Below, piece after piece: positions 13,050 to 24,899 of a stretch of DNA of 64,000 bases. The stretch lies in contig JAYWIR010000002.1 in the NCBI GenBank assembly GCA_036172245.1, positions 620,001 to 684,000 of the forward strand. The letters are read 5' to 3'. The position numbers and the translations under genes are program-made. The notes beneath the pieces were generated by a model. It had not been told where the DNA came from. It saw nothing but the letters and a program-made list of their open reading frames with translations, and made no database searches. Each line of letters starts with the position of its first letter. The first letter of the stretch is position 1. This DNA is from Raillietiella orientalis. Taxonomy: Eukaryota.

Positions 13050-14725
13050 GAGCTAGAAACTGTACATGTCTCCAAAGGTTCTACATCGAAGCGACGATGT
13101 CTCCGTGTTTGAACGATGTCTCTTCGAAAAGCAGCAGGTCGGCGGAAATTCCAGAGCGAAGAATTCCAAGAAGCCTGATTCCTTCCCCTGGAGATACTTG
13201 ACCGTTCACGAATTCTCTCTACCGTTAGGAAGGATACAACTGCGTTCCCGGAAGCAGAGTCAGGATCCAAGTGGACGAAGCACGCTAAGTTTTCTTCACC
13301 TTCGAAATTTTCAGGGTCATCGAAATTCATTCTTCAGCAGCTTCCATGGCCAGTTTCATCTTCGAAAGGGATGTGGATCACCCTAAAGAGTAACCGAAAC
13401 GTGAGAGTAACTCTTCAATGCACGTGACCTCGCTTTTGAGCAGCGTTCTGGATAAGACATGCGCTCCACTGGGAACAACTCGAAAATGAGGTCACAACGT
13501 TCCCCCTTTTCCATGCGGGAACGCTCTTGAGATGAATAAGTGCCTACAGAGCTTTCAGGAATTGCCACAATCCGGATGGAGAAGCTTTCTTGCGATTGCC
13601 ACGAGAGAACGAAAGAAAGAGATGGAAGGTCTCCTGGAAACACACGCGACCACAGCCACCGAGGGTACATCGTTCCCTGAACAGGCGTCCTTCCACAACT
13701 AGGACTAAATGAAAAGGGTGGATGGCGACCTTAATTTTGCTAGGGTCGGCGGTGCACCCACACCAGGAAGACCTTATCGTACGACGTGCATCCGAGTGCT
13801 AGAAAGCTGAAAGATCACTGCCGGCGCATTCACCGATTTCGGCTGTTTGGACACAGGAAATTGCTGCGACCCATTCTTAATACTCCTGAAGCCTTGTGCC
13901 GCCGGTCAGGAGACAAAAAATCGTGAAGTTGATGGAGCATCTTGTGAAAAGATGCTCCGGCTCCATCGATGTGCGCTGTCACTTGGTAACAAATGATTCT
14001 CAACAGAAGAGCAGCTAAACGACATTCATCCCTGCCAACTGGAAGAATTTGAACGGAGATATTATCGTCCTCTCCCTTCCTCCCTCTCTCTCTCTCTCTA
14101 TCTCTCTATCTATCTATCTGTCCATCTGGGCAAGCCTCTGAGACCGAAGCAGCACAAGCGAACTCTGGCAGCGTGCAGCCCGAAAGAGTGACGAAGGGAT
14201 GTCAACAAAGAAGGGACTTTGCAATAACTGAAATCCCACGAGGATTGCTTCCATAACTTGACCTCGAGATAATTCAAAGATGTCTGAATTTTCGTCGGTT
14301 CCCGTCCGGGAGAGGGTCGTCGTGGACTCGATTCTCTGCTTCACAGAAGCCAAGTCTACGCAGGTTACGTGAAAAGCGCCAAAGCGCATCACCAAGCCCG
14401 GCAAGTCATCCTTAGTGCATTTGGAGACTGTGGCATGCCATGAGTCAGGATCAGCAGACTTCACTATAGGCTAGAACGAAGTCCCAATTATAAGATAGGG
14501 GGATGCATTCAATTATTTAGGGAAGGCCTTTAGGTGTGTGTCCGTTTCCATCAGAGATCATGGATCAACAGATATGGGACAAAACAGTCAGGGTTGACCC
14601 CGTTGGATGCCAAGGGAGTCACCACTGACCTGGGTCTGAAAGTCTTGTCGATGGTTTGGAATGTTTGTAGGAGATTAGATTGGACCATATCAGATAGCTC
14701 AGCAAGAACTGCCTCAACTCCCCAG
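13050..14725 (-). mobile_element. Decayed Ty3/Gypsy pol remnant (RT end, RNase H, integrase)
   Basis: Minus-strand motifs in Gypsy order: ELRQFL, NASP (DASP), SKCTKDDLPGLVMRFGAFH (YSxxEKEALAxVWxxxxFH), KMLHQLH (integrase Zn region), WLWSRV (PWSRVHxD). Confidence 0.55.
14082..14120 (+). repeat. (CT)n/(CTAT)n microsatellite
   Basis: ccctctctctctctctctatctctctatctatctatctg read directly. Confidence 0.9.
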
Positions 14726-14837
14726 GGTTGAGAAGAGGAGTGCCCCTACGCTCACCGGCCGATGGAGAGGTCTCGACCTCCTCCATCTTCTGGATGGGGA
14801 TCATAATGGACAGCGGCTACGAGCCCTTAGTGCCGCC

Positions 14838-15580
14838 GGACTCGGCAGTACGGGTCGTGCTCCACGAACGACTGGTCAGAAAGAGACTCCAAAGGTTCAG
14901 TGATCAGGGTCCACCGCTGGAAGAGGGTCCAGGAAGGTCCGCGAACAGAGTCGCCGGGAGGGAGTTCGACCCTCCGGCACCCGGCGAAGAGGCCTCAGCA
15001 ACGCGCCTCGAAGAACCTCCGGGGAAGACACGTTCTCCTGCGAAGGAACGCCGCTCGTCCGCACCTTTCGGCGCACAGATGTGGGAACCCAACCCTCTCC
15101 ACCAACTAGCGGTCCCGATCAAGGGAAGCGCGCGTCTTGAGCGGGGATGCAGAGCCTCGAGCATTCCTCTTCGACGGCAAGTCGCACTCGCGTGGAGCCG
15201 CTCAGCCCCGAGAGGATGCGGCGCCCACCGGGACCGGCGCACGCAGTGTCCCTTCGATGCACACATCGAAGGGACACGGAGACACCCCCGGCTCGCTGCT
15301 GCAAGGAGAGGAGCGCGTTGTCGATCTGGGCGTGCTGCCCGTCCCTTTGATGGCTCCCAGGAGGCTTTCCGGGAGGACGGGCAGAGGGGCGAAAGGCGGG
15401 TGAGGACGACGTGCTTCCCCGCTTCTCCGCCGAAGTCGCGGCGTCGATGGTGCTCAGGACGCTGTAACAGCAGCAGCAGTTGGAACGCGTCAGCAAGGGA
15501 CCGGACTGCTCCCGTATCTAGTCAAGAGGACTGGCTATCTTTCTTCGGAACCATCGCCTCGGGCATCTCCCGTGAAGCAG
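14838..15580 (+). repeat. Repeat C copy 2
   Basis: Near-identical direct repeat of 2763-3504 (offset 12075). It continues into an RT-proximal motif, SGCLGKNGLAPEWF (KSPGxDGLPxEFY), at about 15760-15810. Confidence 0.85.
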
Positions 15581-16780
15581 GAGTCTCACATGGGCAGTTC
15601 TGTCGGTGATGATCACAAGTGTGTCTTACGAAGCACAGGAGCGACCCATCTAGGACACGGTACGGGAAAAAGCGGCAGCCGCTCAATGCTCTCCACCCAA
15701 GTCTAGAGAACAAAAGGGACCGTCTGCTGCCCAATTCAAGCAAGTCGAGTACCAGTGACGAGCTCCGGATGCCTTGGGAAGAATGGGCTGGCCCCGGAGT
15801 GGTTTTCTCCGACAGCGAGGTGCGGGCAGACAAGGGTTTGTCTATCCTCCGGCTTGCTTGGTACACACACTCTCGAGCTGACCGGGTACGCTATAAGTCG
15901 CGAAGCCATCTCAAGAAGAGGGAATTCTTCGCGCCTGAGGTGAGCAGGTAGTTGCCGTGGATACGCCTCCTGACGATCTCTTCTTTGGCCGAAGGCCCGT
16001 CCACCTGCGATCTTTTGTTTCCCTATTCTTTCGACGCGTCTGAAATTCGGAGGAACGTCGCTCCGCCCCTTTTGTCGTGCTTGTCCTACTCCCCCCCTTC
16101 TTCCCAATCGCAGCCAATGCTGAAAAGGCGGTGATCCGTCTGGAGTAGGGTCTGCCTAAACGAAAGAACTGTGCATCTGAGAATGGCACGGAACGAATCC
16201 GTGGAAAGAGCCTCAGCTACTTTCGATCGATCATCCACATGACTGGCTCGTGGGCTGAGTCCTCCTTTTTTTCTTCTTTTTTTTTTCTATCTGTGTGAAC
16301 TGCACCGTGCTGACGTCCTTCGCAGAATTATGGATGGCATCTCTCTCTCCCTCTCTCTTTGCTTCCCACCCACCCCGTCTTTTCTCTTATCTTGGAATTC
16401 CCCACAGTTGCAACTGGGAAATCAGTTCCGGACTTTTCCCTTCTTTTTTCTAGCCTGCCAGCCCGCAGGGATGGTCTTGACGCGTCCGCAGTCCCCCCCC
16501 CCCCCGCTGCTTTGCTCCCCGAGACATCTCCTTCCCCAGTTCCGTCACTGCCTCCTGGTGTCAGGAGCACAAGAGGAACACCTCCGTCTCTTCCTACCGT
16601 GCTGTCCTTCCCAGCAAGCAAGAAGTTTTGTTCCTTGCCGAAAAAAGTCCTGGAAGGAAGAAGACTCTTCTGCCACGCTTTTTTTCATTTATTTATTTAT
16701 AAAGGTCTGTAGCTACCTCACGGATAGTCACTATTAGGTTAGGATTATTATCACCTGGTTATGCCAGGGCATATATTACA

Positions 16781-17556
16781 TAGAGTAATGAAAATACATT
16801 GGTGTGGTACAACCGTTGGTTCTACCACGCGCAAAGAACCTGCCGAAGAGCGGTGCGCATACCGACGAGGTCCGCCTCGGCACCGTGGGGGAGGGAAAAA
16901 CAAAAACAGAAAAAAAAGTAGACGCTCTAAACAGATTATACACGGGATTGCGAGGGAGACTAGGAAGGGAATACCGAGGAAAGGATCACGGCATGTTACC
17001 CGGCCTTCTCTTCATCCTGCCCAGGATGCTGGCGAGTCCTGTCCGCATTTCACCGAAGTGGAGCCATCTCGAGGCGAGCTTCGGCAAGATCCGTGACAAG
17101 TAAATGGAGTCCCTGCTATTTCGACCGTTCCTTCTGGCGATCCAGGCTGCCGTCATCTCACGAAGACAGGAAGAGGAAACCGCAAGGGACGCGGCTGGCA
17201 ACAGTACGGCACTACGCACGAAGAGGCATCCAATTCCTAAGGCTGCTTACCGAAACTCCTAACTAGGATCGTCGCGAAGAGATCCCATAGGGGTCAGAGG
17301 GCAGCGCAGTCCAACAGCAGATGAGGGAGGGTCTCCTTCTTACCGCACGGAGCGTCCCTCTTCCCCCCCAGTGTCCAGAGATGAAGGCGCGCTTTCCACG
17401 GGATTCCTCCCATGCACCATCTGCAACGTCTACTCCTGCCACTCGAGAGGGGTGAGGGGGGGATTCCACTATTCCAGCACTCTGGAAGCTCCTTGACCTC
17501 TTCTGGAGGGATGCCGAGCAGCTCTCCCCAGCGTGCAAGTCCGTGGGGTGGGACAC
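16781..17556 (-). mobile_element. Decayed L1/Tx1-like 3' end (repeat B, copy 1)
   Basis: Minus-strand MGGIPWKARLHLW...PCGKKETLPHLLLDC (zf-RVT) and AAWIARRN (IWxxRN), with frameshifts and stops. Near-identical to 23057-23831. Confidence 0.85.
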
Positions 17557-17799
17557 TCGGAGTCGCAGCGTCCGTCACTTCCCGAGTTGTCCACGCTCAC
17601 AGAAGTTTTTTCTTTGCTGCCATGCAGCACCTCACTTCCCGCCCTGCTGGGATTACCTTGTTCTGTTGTCCCGATAAAAATCCTTTGGAATTCTCCTGCC
17701 TCCGCTGCTTTCCTTTCGGCTTTTTTTTTTATTTATTTTTTGGTCCTCGAGGAGTGCTGAAGAATCATCCGCATCCTAAGAGGGGCTCACTAGAGTCTG

Positions 17800-18200
17800 A
17801 ATTTTTTCTCCGGAAGAACACCCCGGAAAGGGTCCACTCCCTGTTTCCTCCTCTGAAGAGAACCGCGAAGAGACGCTTCCCAATTTATCTGATGGGCCGT
17901 TCTCCGAAGGGAGCAGAGAGCTTCTGACACTCTGGAGAGGCATCAACCAACTCCATGGTACGCGATGGAGGGTCCCTCCTCGAGGAAAGGGGGAACGAAT
18001 CGAATTGCACCACCGGAGGGGAACTCCGAACGGAACTGGAGCTCCTTGATTTCTGGAAGGACCCCGGAAGGTCAACTTCCAGTCCCGATCGGTCAACGGA
18101 GGAATCGGGGGGCTTCCACCAGTGCCCCCGTACCCGAATAGACCGACCACGTCATCGTTCAAAAAGGGAACTGGGGAAACCCAAGACGCACCCCTCATTC
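17800..18200 (-). mobile_element. Decayed LINE RT fragment
   Basis: PIPPLTDRDWKL (RPISLLNxDYKI), then a frameshifted QINWEA-LFAVL (FDRVxWxxLFxVL). Confidence 0.5.
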
Positions 18201-19779
18201 TCGGCGTCGGCCCTTTCCCCGGATGGGATTCGAACTCGCAATGCTCGATGTCATGCGCAGGGACCACAGTTACACCTGCTCGTGAGCTTCGCCCATCCCG
18301 GTATCCTTCCCAGAGTCCCTCTCCCCTTCCTTCCTTTCCCGAAGAAGGTAGCGTTGAAGCGTCGGCATCCCCTCGTCCTCCTCTCCCAGGTATTCGACTT
18401 TTATTTACAGTGGACAGGGGATGCATCCAGTGGTCCTCTTACTTCTTTGAGGAGGGCTACTCCCTCTTCTCATATCATGCATACCCTCCGTATCCTTCAG
18501 CTCAGGAGAGCTCCTATCTGGGAGGTCATTTGCATCCGCGGGCGAGTGTGCGGAGGTTCGCTGGCTGGAGAGGGCGCTGCCGGTCGATGGCCAGAGAAGG
18601 GTAGTGATCGAAGATTTGCGCGGTCCCAGACAAATAAAGAAGGGGGGAAGGGGAAGTCGTCGTCCTCCCGGGCGATGCCCCAAGTCAGTGGAGAGACGTC
18701 CGGGCCCAAGGCTTCCGCGGATCAGCCGCCATCTCCGCTGGATTAACGACTCCGCTCTTCTTCCTTCCTTCCTGTGTCCCGTGAGACCTTTCTGACGGAA
18801 AGAAGAGCTCCCCGCCCCCGCCTCCTTCCACCTCTTCGCGGATGAACAGCAAAGCTTCTCTCTCATCCGCTCTCTCTCCTTCCCTCCCTCCCTCGGACAC
18901 TCGGCCGTCGGCCTCCGGAAACAGCGTGCGCACCTCCCACGCTGCCTTCAAGGAGGCGACGGCTGCAGCAGGTAACCCTTTGCTCCCTCTCCTGCCCTCC
19001 CTTCCGCGAAAGTTCGGATGTCCTCGCCGGCGCCGAGCGGCTCGCCACCTCTTGGACAGCCTTCGCCAGCGAGGCTGACCATGTGAGCGCTACCGGCAAG
19101 ACCCGGGTCCGAACAGCTCGCCCGGCGTCGGTCCGGAGCGGCGCGCCTTTTTGCCCCGGAAGCCCTCGGGCGGGCGCCGACTTCGCTTCGCCCAGCGTCC
19201 GAGGAGAAGCGGCAGCAGCAGCATCCGGAAGAAAAATAAAATACACACACAGGCACGCACGCACGCACGCATGCACGCGCGCTCGCGTGCGCACGATTTC
19301 CCCGGCATCCATCCCGCATCGTGCGAAGGATGGCCCTTCTGTGCCTCCGGCTACCCTGGAGGCTGCGGCGGATGTTTTTTTTCTTTTTCTTCTTCTTCTT
19401 CCCTTCCCACGATCGAACCACGCCTTTGGGCCAAAGGCGGAACTCGAGGAGGTTCTCTGCGAGCCAGGAAACCACCACCACCACGCGGAGGATTCCCGTC
19501 TTCCCGTTCGGTGACGAGGAGGTATGAGAGGTTCGCCCGCTGCCACGTCGAAAGATCCTCGTCCTCCTAGAGAAAGAGAGCGGGCGAGAAGAAGGGAGGA
19601 AAAATGCACTCACGCACGAGTGCGCGCAACTCTGCGCGTGCGATCGCTCGCGAGCGACTGCGACTACTCGCCGCTCCCTGCTGGAGTCAGCGGCGGCGGC
19701 GGCGTGCGGTGCGAACGTACCATCGCCAACGAGCGACCTTCCTCCACATTCGCGCGTCCACACACGCCCTCGCGACACG

Positions 19780-20720
19780 CCTCCTCCTGTTCTCTGAGGT
19801 TGATGATCTCTCCCTCCTCTTTCCCTCCTCCTCCTCCTCCTCCGGGTTTCGCAAATGCATGAAGTGGTGCTGGATACGCCGTCCTCTCTCCTCCCCTCTC
19901 CGCGTCTCTCTCCCTCTCAAAAGCGAAGGCGCACACGCCCTCCTCTGGAGAGTATGGCTGCTCTTCCGCTGCTTCCGGCTTCCAGGGGGTCCCGGAGACT
20001 CGGTGTGGGACGGCAACAACCCGGTGAGGAAACGCTTCCTGCACCAGGCTGTTGCACCGCGGCGCGGGAAGGAGGGGGATCCCTCGAGGAATTCGACGGA
20101 CGAGGAATGCAAGTCGGGCGCGAGAGCGCGCCAGGGGGAGGGGGGTGGGGCGAGGGCGAGGAGAGGCAGGAAGTGGAAGCATTCCTCGGGCGCGCGCCGG
20201 GTGGGAACGCGAGCCGCGCGCGATTTCCCGGGTGCTCGGAAGACGATCCTCGGCGGCGGCAACCCCCGCAGATCGGAGTCGCAGATAGCGTCGGATTCTC
20301 GGAAGCCACAGCGTCCCGCTCCGTGTGCTCCGGGCGGAAGAGACGTGAGTGGCCCCGAGCGCGCACGCGCGCTTCGCGAGAGGAGGAAGAGGGCGCCAGT
20401 GTCCTCTTCCACTCCGAATCGCTCAGCCACCTGTCCCGCCTTCCTCTTTCGCAAGCGGGTGCTGCGAGGCCTTCATCTCAGTCCCCCTTTCCAAGGCTAC
20501 ACAGCAGCCGTACTTCCTGTGCCGGCTAAGCCTCCCTCTTAGCCGACATAGGATCCTCCTTCGTTCCGATGGCATACGCGCGCCCGCAGGAACCATCTTC
20601 CTTTCCTGGTCTTTTTTTATGGGTTGCTGGAAGGCAGACCCTCGCCACGCTCGCCTCCTGTATTCACTGGTAGGAGGACAGGGAACGCATCCCCGGTGGT
20701 GCGGTGACATGCTCGAGGGC
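19780..20720 (+). mobile_element. Decayed LINE RT C-terminal fragment
   Basis: SEVDDLSLLF (YADD region), LRVSLPLKSE (GLxxNxxKS), later SFFMG...LYSLVGGQG (FLW...EGGLG). Confidence 0.5.
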
Positions 20721-22507
20721 TGCGAGATCATCGGTCTCGCAAAGTAGTGCAGAGGTTCAGAGAAGCAACGAGAGTCAGGGCAAGAAACGACCTCAGATAA
20801 CCTCAGAAGGCAGCAGACAAAGGACTCCTTTTTCGACGGCTGAAGCTCAGCGAGCGAGCAAGTGTGGCTAGAGCCACATCCGAAGACCCGTGCAACATGC
20901 ATGCTCAGTCGGCCGGCGCGCAAGAAGCGCTACCAGCGGAAGGGATAATAAGAAGGAAAAAAACAGGCAACCACCACAACCGAGGTGGAAGAGGAAGAAA
21001 GGAGGAGGAAGGGAGGAAGGAAGGAGCAATCACCAGAATCGAGAAGGAGGAGGAGGGCAAAGGGAGGAGGAGAAGGAAGAAGTGAAGAGAGGAAGGAAGG
21101 AAAGGAGAGGAGGAGGGGAGGAGAAGGAGGAAAGGAGATTGTTTTCTTGGACAGGACCAGAAAGCGCGTGTCGGTAGCACTCGACGAAAAGAATGCGCTC
21201 CAAGCACCGCTGAAGTTCACCATCGAAGGGCAAGGAGCCCGGCACGTTGACGAGCCAGTCCAGGGAAACCTCGGAAGGACGGGAGTCACGGAAGCTGCCA
21301 CTGGTCCTCGCGTTTTTCCCTTGGAGGCTTTCCGATGACGCTGCCCAGCCGACGCCGTCCCGAGATGCGGCAGCCATCATGCGCGGGACGAGAGGGAGCG
21401 CCCGCCGGGAGAGGCACGGAAGCCTCCAGGTAGGCACGCTGGAAGAGAAATTTTACGGGAAGCCCTCGCACCAACCTTTCTGACCCCGCGGCGCACCCTC
21501 CCTCGCTTCGGGCACGTGGGCGCTGCCAGACGCGAAGCCCCGTCTTCAGCAAGCGGGTACTTCAAGAACCCTCCGCCCGCTAGGAGCGAGAGAGGACGCG
21601 CCCGCCCCTCGGAAGCGAGGCGGAGCGCCGTCGCGCCCGCGGTTGCACCATCGAACCGCTCCTGGCAGTCGCGAATCCGAACCGCGCCGCGCGAATTACC
21701 CGTAATTGCGGGCGGCGCCACCGCCACAGCTCTCGGCTCGGAGAATTCCTGCTGCACGTCCCCATGCCAACGGCTGTTGGAGAATCGGATTTCGGCTGAT
21801 GTGCAGCCCAAACCTGCTGCTGCGCTCCCGCCAGCCGCGTGACAAAAAGGGGTACGGGCGGCGCATAAACTCAGTATCGCGCTAGTCCAGCAACGCGTAT
21901 TCGCGGATGTCTTCTGTGTCGGTGCGCGGAGACGGATGCTCTCCTTTGCTTCGGGCACTGCACTGCTGGATCGCTTCGTACGCAACTGTGTACGGGACTT
22001 TTGTTTCTCGCGCGGTGGACTCCTTTCCGGGACTCGTGTTCCTATTGGAACGACCGGGCAACTAGGCGTCGCAAGAAGAAAAGGATGCAGCAGCGCGTGG
22101 TTGTGGCAGACCTGCACGGATATTCCCTTGCTTGATGTCGGTTTTGTCGCGATGCATGCAGGCAGGCAGACCAAGTCACGTTAGTCCCAAAACACGTGAC
22201 GCACTTTCGTGGTCTGCAATTAAAGATTACTGCCAATCAATACTGATGTCCACTACTGATGAGGGTGCCGATTGGTGATTCTTTTTAACACTGAAGAGCC
22301 GTACATAGACGCAGCCATCTGGATATGATGAAGTGTGCGTTTCCATATAAAGTTATTAATAGCCTACTCTAAGAGTGCCATTGTGAATTGGTCTTTGAAA
22401 GGCATGCATGGAGCGTACTACAATTCGTACCCATTCGGTGCTAACACAGGCAAAAATACGTTCTCTCCATGTACACATTCTCCCCTTATTCAAAAAAATG
22501 ATGTGTA

Positions 22508-22812
22508 TGTTATAAATAAGATTACATTCGCACCATTACGGTATCATCAGTAATCATAGTGTCATCGACTCATTAGACTCGAAAGCACAGCGGAGGGATT
22601 GCGCACCAGCTTTAATGTCATGAGTTCTTGCATGTGTAATGTGGCAGTATGTACAAGCACCATCGCATTACGAGCGTGTACGGTACTGCGGCACAAACCG
22701 ATGCACGTACATTGTACTGTGTAGTTGTAAATAAAGAGAAGAGGAGTGGTAAGTCGGATAAACCAACACACATGGCTACATCGACACTCCAATCGTGATT
22801 AAGTGTACAACA
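22508..22812 (+). mobile_element. Solo LTR (305 bp) with 5-bp target-site duplication GTGTA
   Basis: Begins TGTTATA and ends TACAACA (inverted termini, 1 mismatch). AATAAA at about 22730. GTGTA at both 22503-22507 and 22813-22817. Confidence 0.85.
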
Positions 22813-23056
22813 GTGTATATCGAGCAGACGAACGGTTCGGTACATCTGAAGCAGAGACTCAGGAGAAAGAAGTCAGCTGCAAAATCAACAGGGTGCGGGA
22901 GATGAGTTGCCTGCTTCCCGATCCCTTGGCCGGAATCTCTTCGAGGGGTGCGCGCTGGGAACAGCTAGAAGAGGAGGAAGAGAAGGGAACAGGAAAAGGA
23001 ACGAAGAGGAGGTCTTCAGAATGATTATGATCCGGTTATACGAGGCACTTATTACG

Positions 23057-23831
23057 TAGAGTAATGAAAATACATTGGTGTGGTAGAACCGTTGGTTCTA
23101 CCACGCGCAAAGAACCTGCCGAAGAGCGATGCGCATACCGACGAGGTCCGCCTCGGCACCGTGGGGGAGGGAAAAACAAAAACAGAAAAAAAAATAGACG
23201 CACTAAACAGATTATACACGGGATTGCGAGGGAGACTAGGAAGGGAATACCGAGGAAAGGATCACGGCATGTTACCCGGCCTTCTCTTCATCCTGCCCAG
23301 GATGCTGGCGAGTCCTGTCCGCATTTCGCCGAAGTGGGGCCATCTCGAGGCGAGCTTCGGCAAGATCCGTGACAAGTAAATGGAGTCCCTGCTATTTCGA
23401 CCGTTCCTTCTGGCGATCCAGGCTGCCGTCATCTCACGAAGACAGGAAGAGGAAACCGCAAGGGACGCGGCTGGCAACAGTACGGCACTACGCACGAAGA
23501 GGCATCCAATTCCTAAGGCTGCTTACCGAAACTCCTAACTAGGATCGTCGCGAAGAGATCCCATAGGGGTCAGAGGGCAGCGCAGTCCAACAGCAGATGA
23601 GGGAGGGTCTCCTTCTTACCGCACGGAGCGTCCCTCTTCCCCCCCAGTGTCCAGAGATGAAGGCGCGCTTTCCACGGGATTCCTCCCATGCACCATCTGC
23701 AACGTCTACTCCTGCCACTCGAGAGGGGTGGGGAGGGATTCCACTATTCCAGCACTCTGGAAGCTCCTTGATCTCTTCTGGAGGGATGCCGAGCAGCTCT
23801 CCCCAGCGTGCAAGTCCGTGGGGTGGGACAC
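23057..23831 (-). mobile_element. Decayed L1/Tx1-like 3' end (repeat B, copy 2)
   Basis: Direct repeat of 16781-17556. Perfect 11-bp hairpin at 23080-23104. Confidence 0.85.
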
Positions 23832-24899
23832 CAATCCGCGACGCCTGGAGCCACGCGTGGAGACTGCAGCCACACGGCCGCCAGAGCAGGAAGAGAAAGA
23901 ATTAGGAAAGGGAAGAGGAAGTCAGAAGGTGAAGTCAGAAGAACATTGTTTCTCTTCTGTCCTGGGAGCGAATGCAGCCTCCGAACACGTCCTCGCGCAC
24001 TTCGAAAGACGATATCCGGTGCACAGAACGAAAGTTTCGAGGTGTTCAAACACGTTTCCCGATTAGTGTTTTCAAAGTTTCAAAATGGTCCACGGATGTC
24101 TCATCGTGGACTCATCGAAATTACTCTACGCAAGGTGCTCCTGAGGTATCGAAACTGATTTGCGACTACAAGTACTAATGTATCTACAATGTCAATGGTT
24201 CATAAGAATTATGCACGTACGGTGTGTTTGTATGAGAGTTCCACAGGTACGGTTGGTCTGCATGTGACCCCCGCGTCCACAGAAGGCGCGTACCAAGCCT
24301 CGACTGTTTCTTTCAAAACCCACAACGCACCCCTCAGCACACCACCCTGTTGTCCTTGCAACTGAGAAGGCGACGGTGCTCACCTTTTGCTGGATGCCTG
24401 ACCGCAGTCAAGGGAAGTTCAGCAGGAAGAAGTGAGTAAGCTGGGACACCTCTGAACGACTCCAGCGTCCTTGCAGGCGGCGGTGACTCCTCCTGGCTAC
24501 TTTCCACTCCGAGACTCGTGCCACGCTCCCTAGCCTCCAGACAGGATCGAATAGGCGCGAGCGGTCAGCCGGCCGTCGCGAGGAGGGATCGCTCACCCAC
24601 GCTCAGTGACCGTGATGCGTGTCAGCTCCCTTTGGCACCCTCTCATTACGAGATTACCGGATCCTTGAGGCAAAGCTAGTTCCAGCTGCTGTTGGTGTCC
24701 AAGATGTCCGTGCAGGAAGAACATCTTCGCCTTATTCCCTCATTGGAACTTTATAAGATTGGAGCCGCCCTTCTCACTCCACCATTTTTGAAAAGTCTGA
24801 CTCACCTTATGGATCGGCTTGCGCCGTTCCCGTTTGTCGCTGAGCGACTGCAGGCGTTCTACGGCCTCCTACGAACAGCAATGTTCTCCTTCCCCCACG

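Noticed and set aside
18215..18250. tRNA T-loop-like GTTCGAATCCC on the minus strand
   Set aside because: The T-stem does not pair and there is no cloverleaf.
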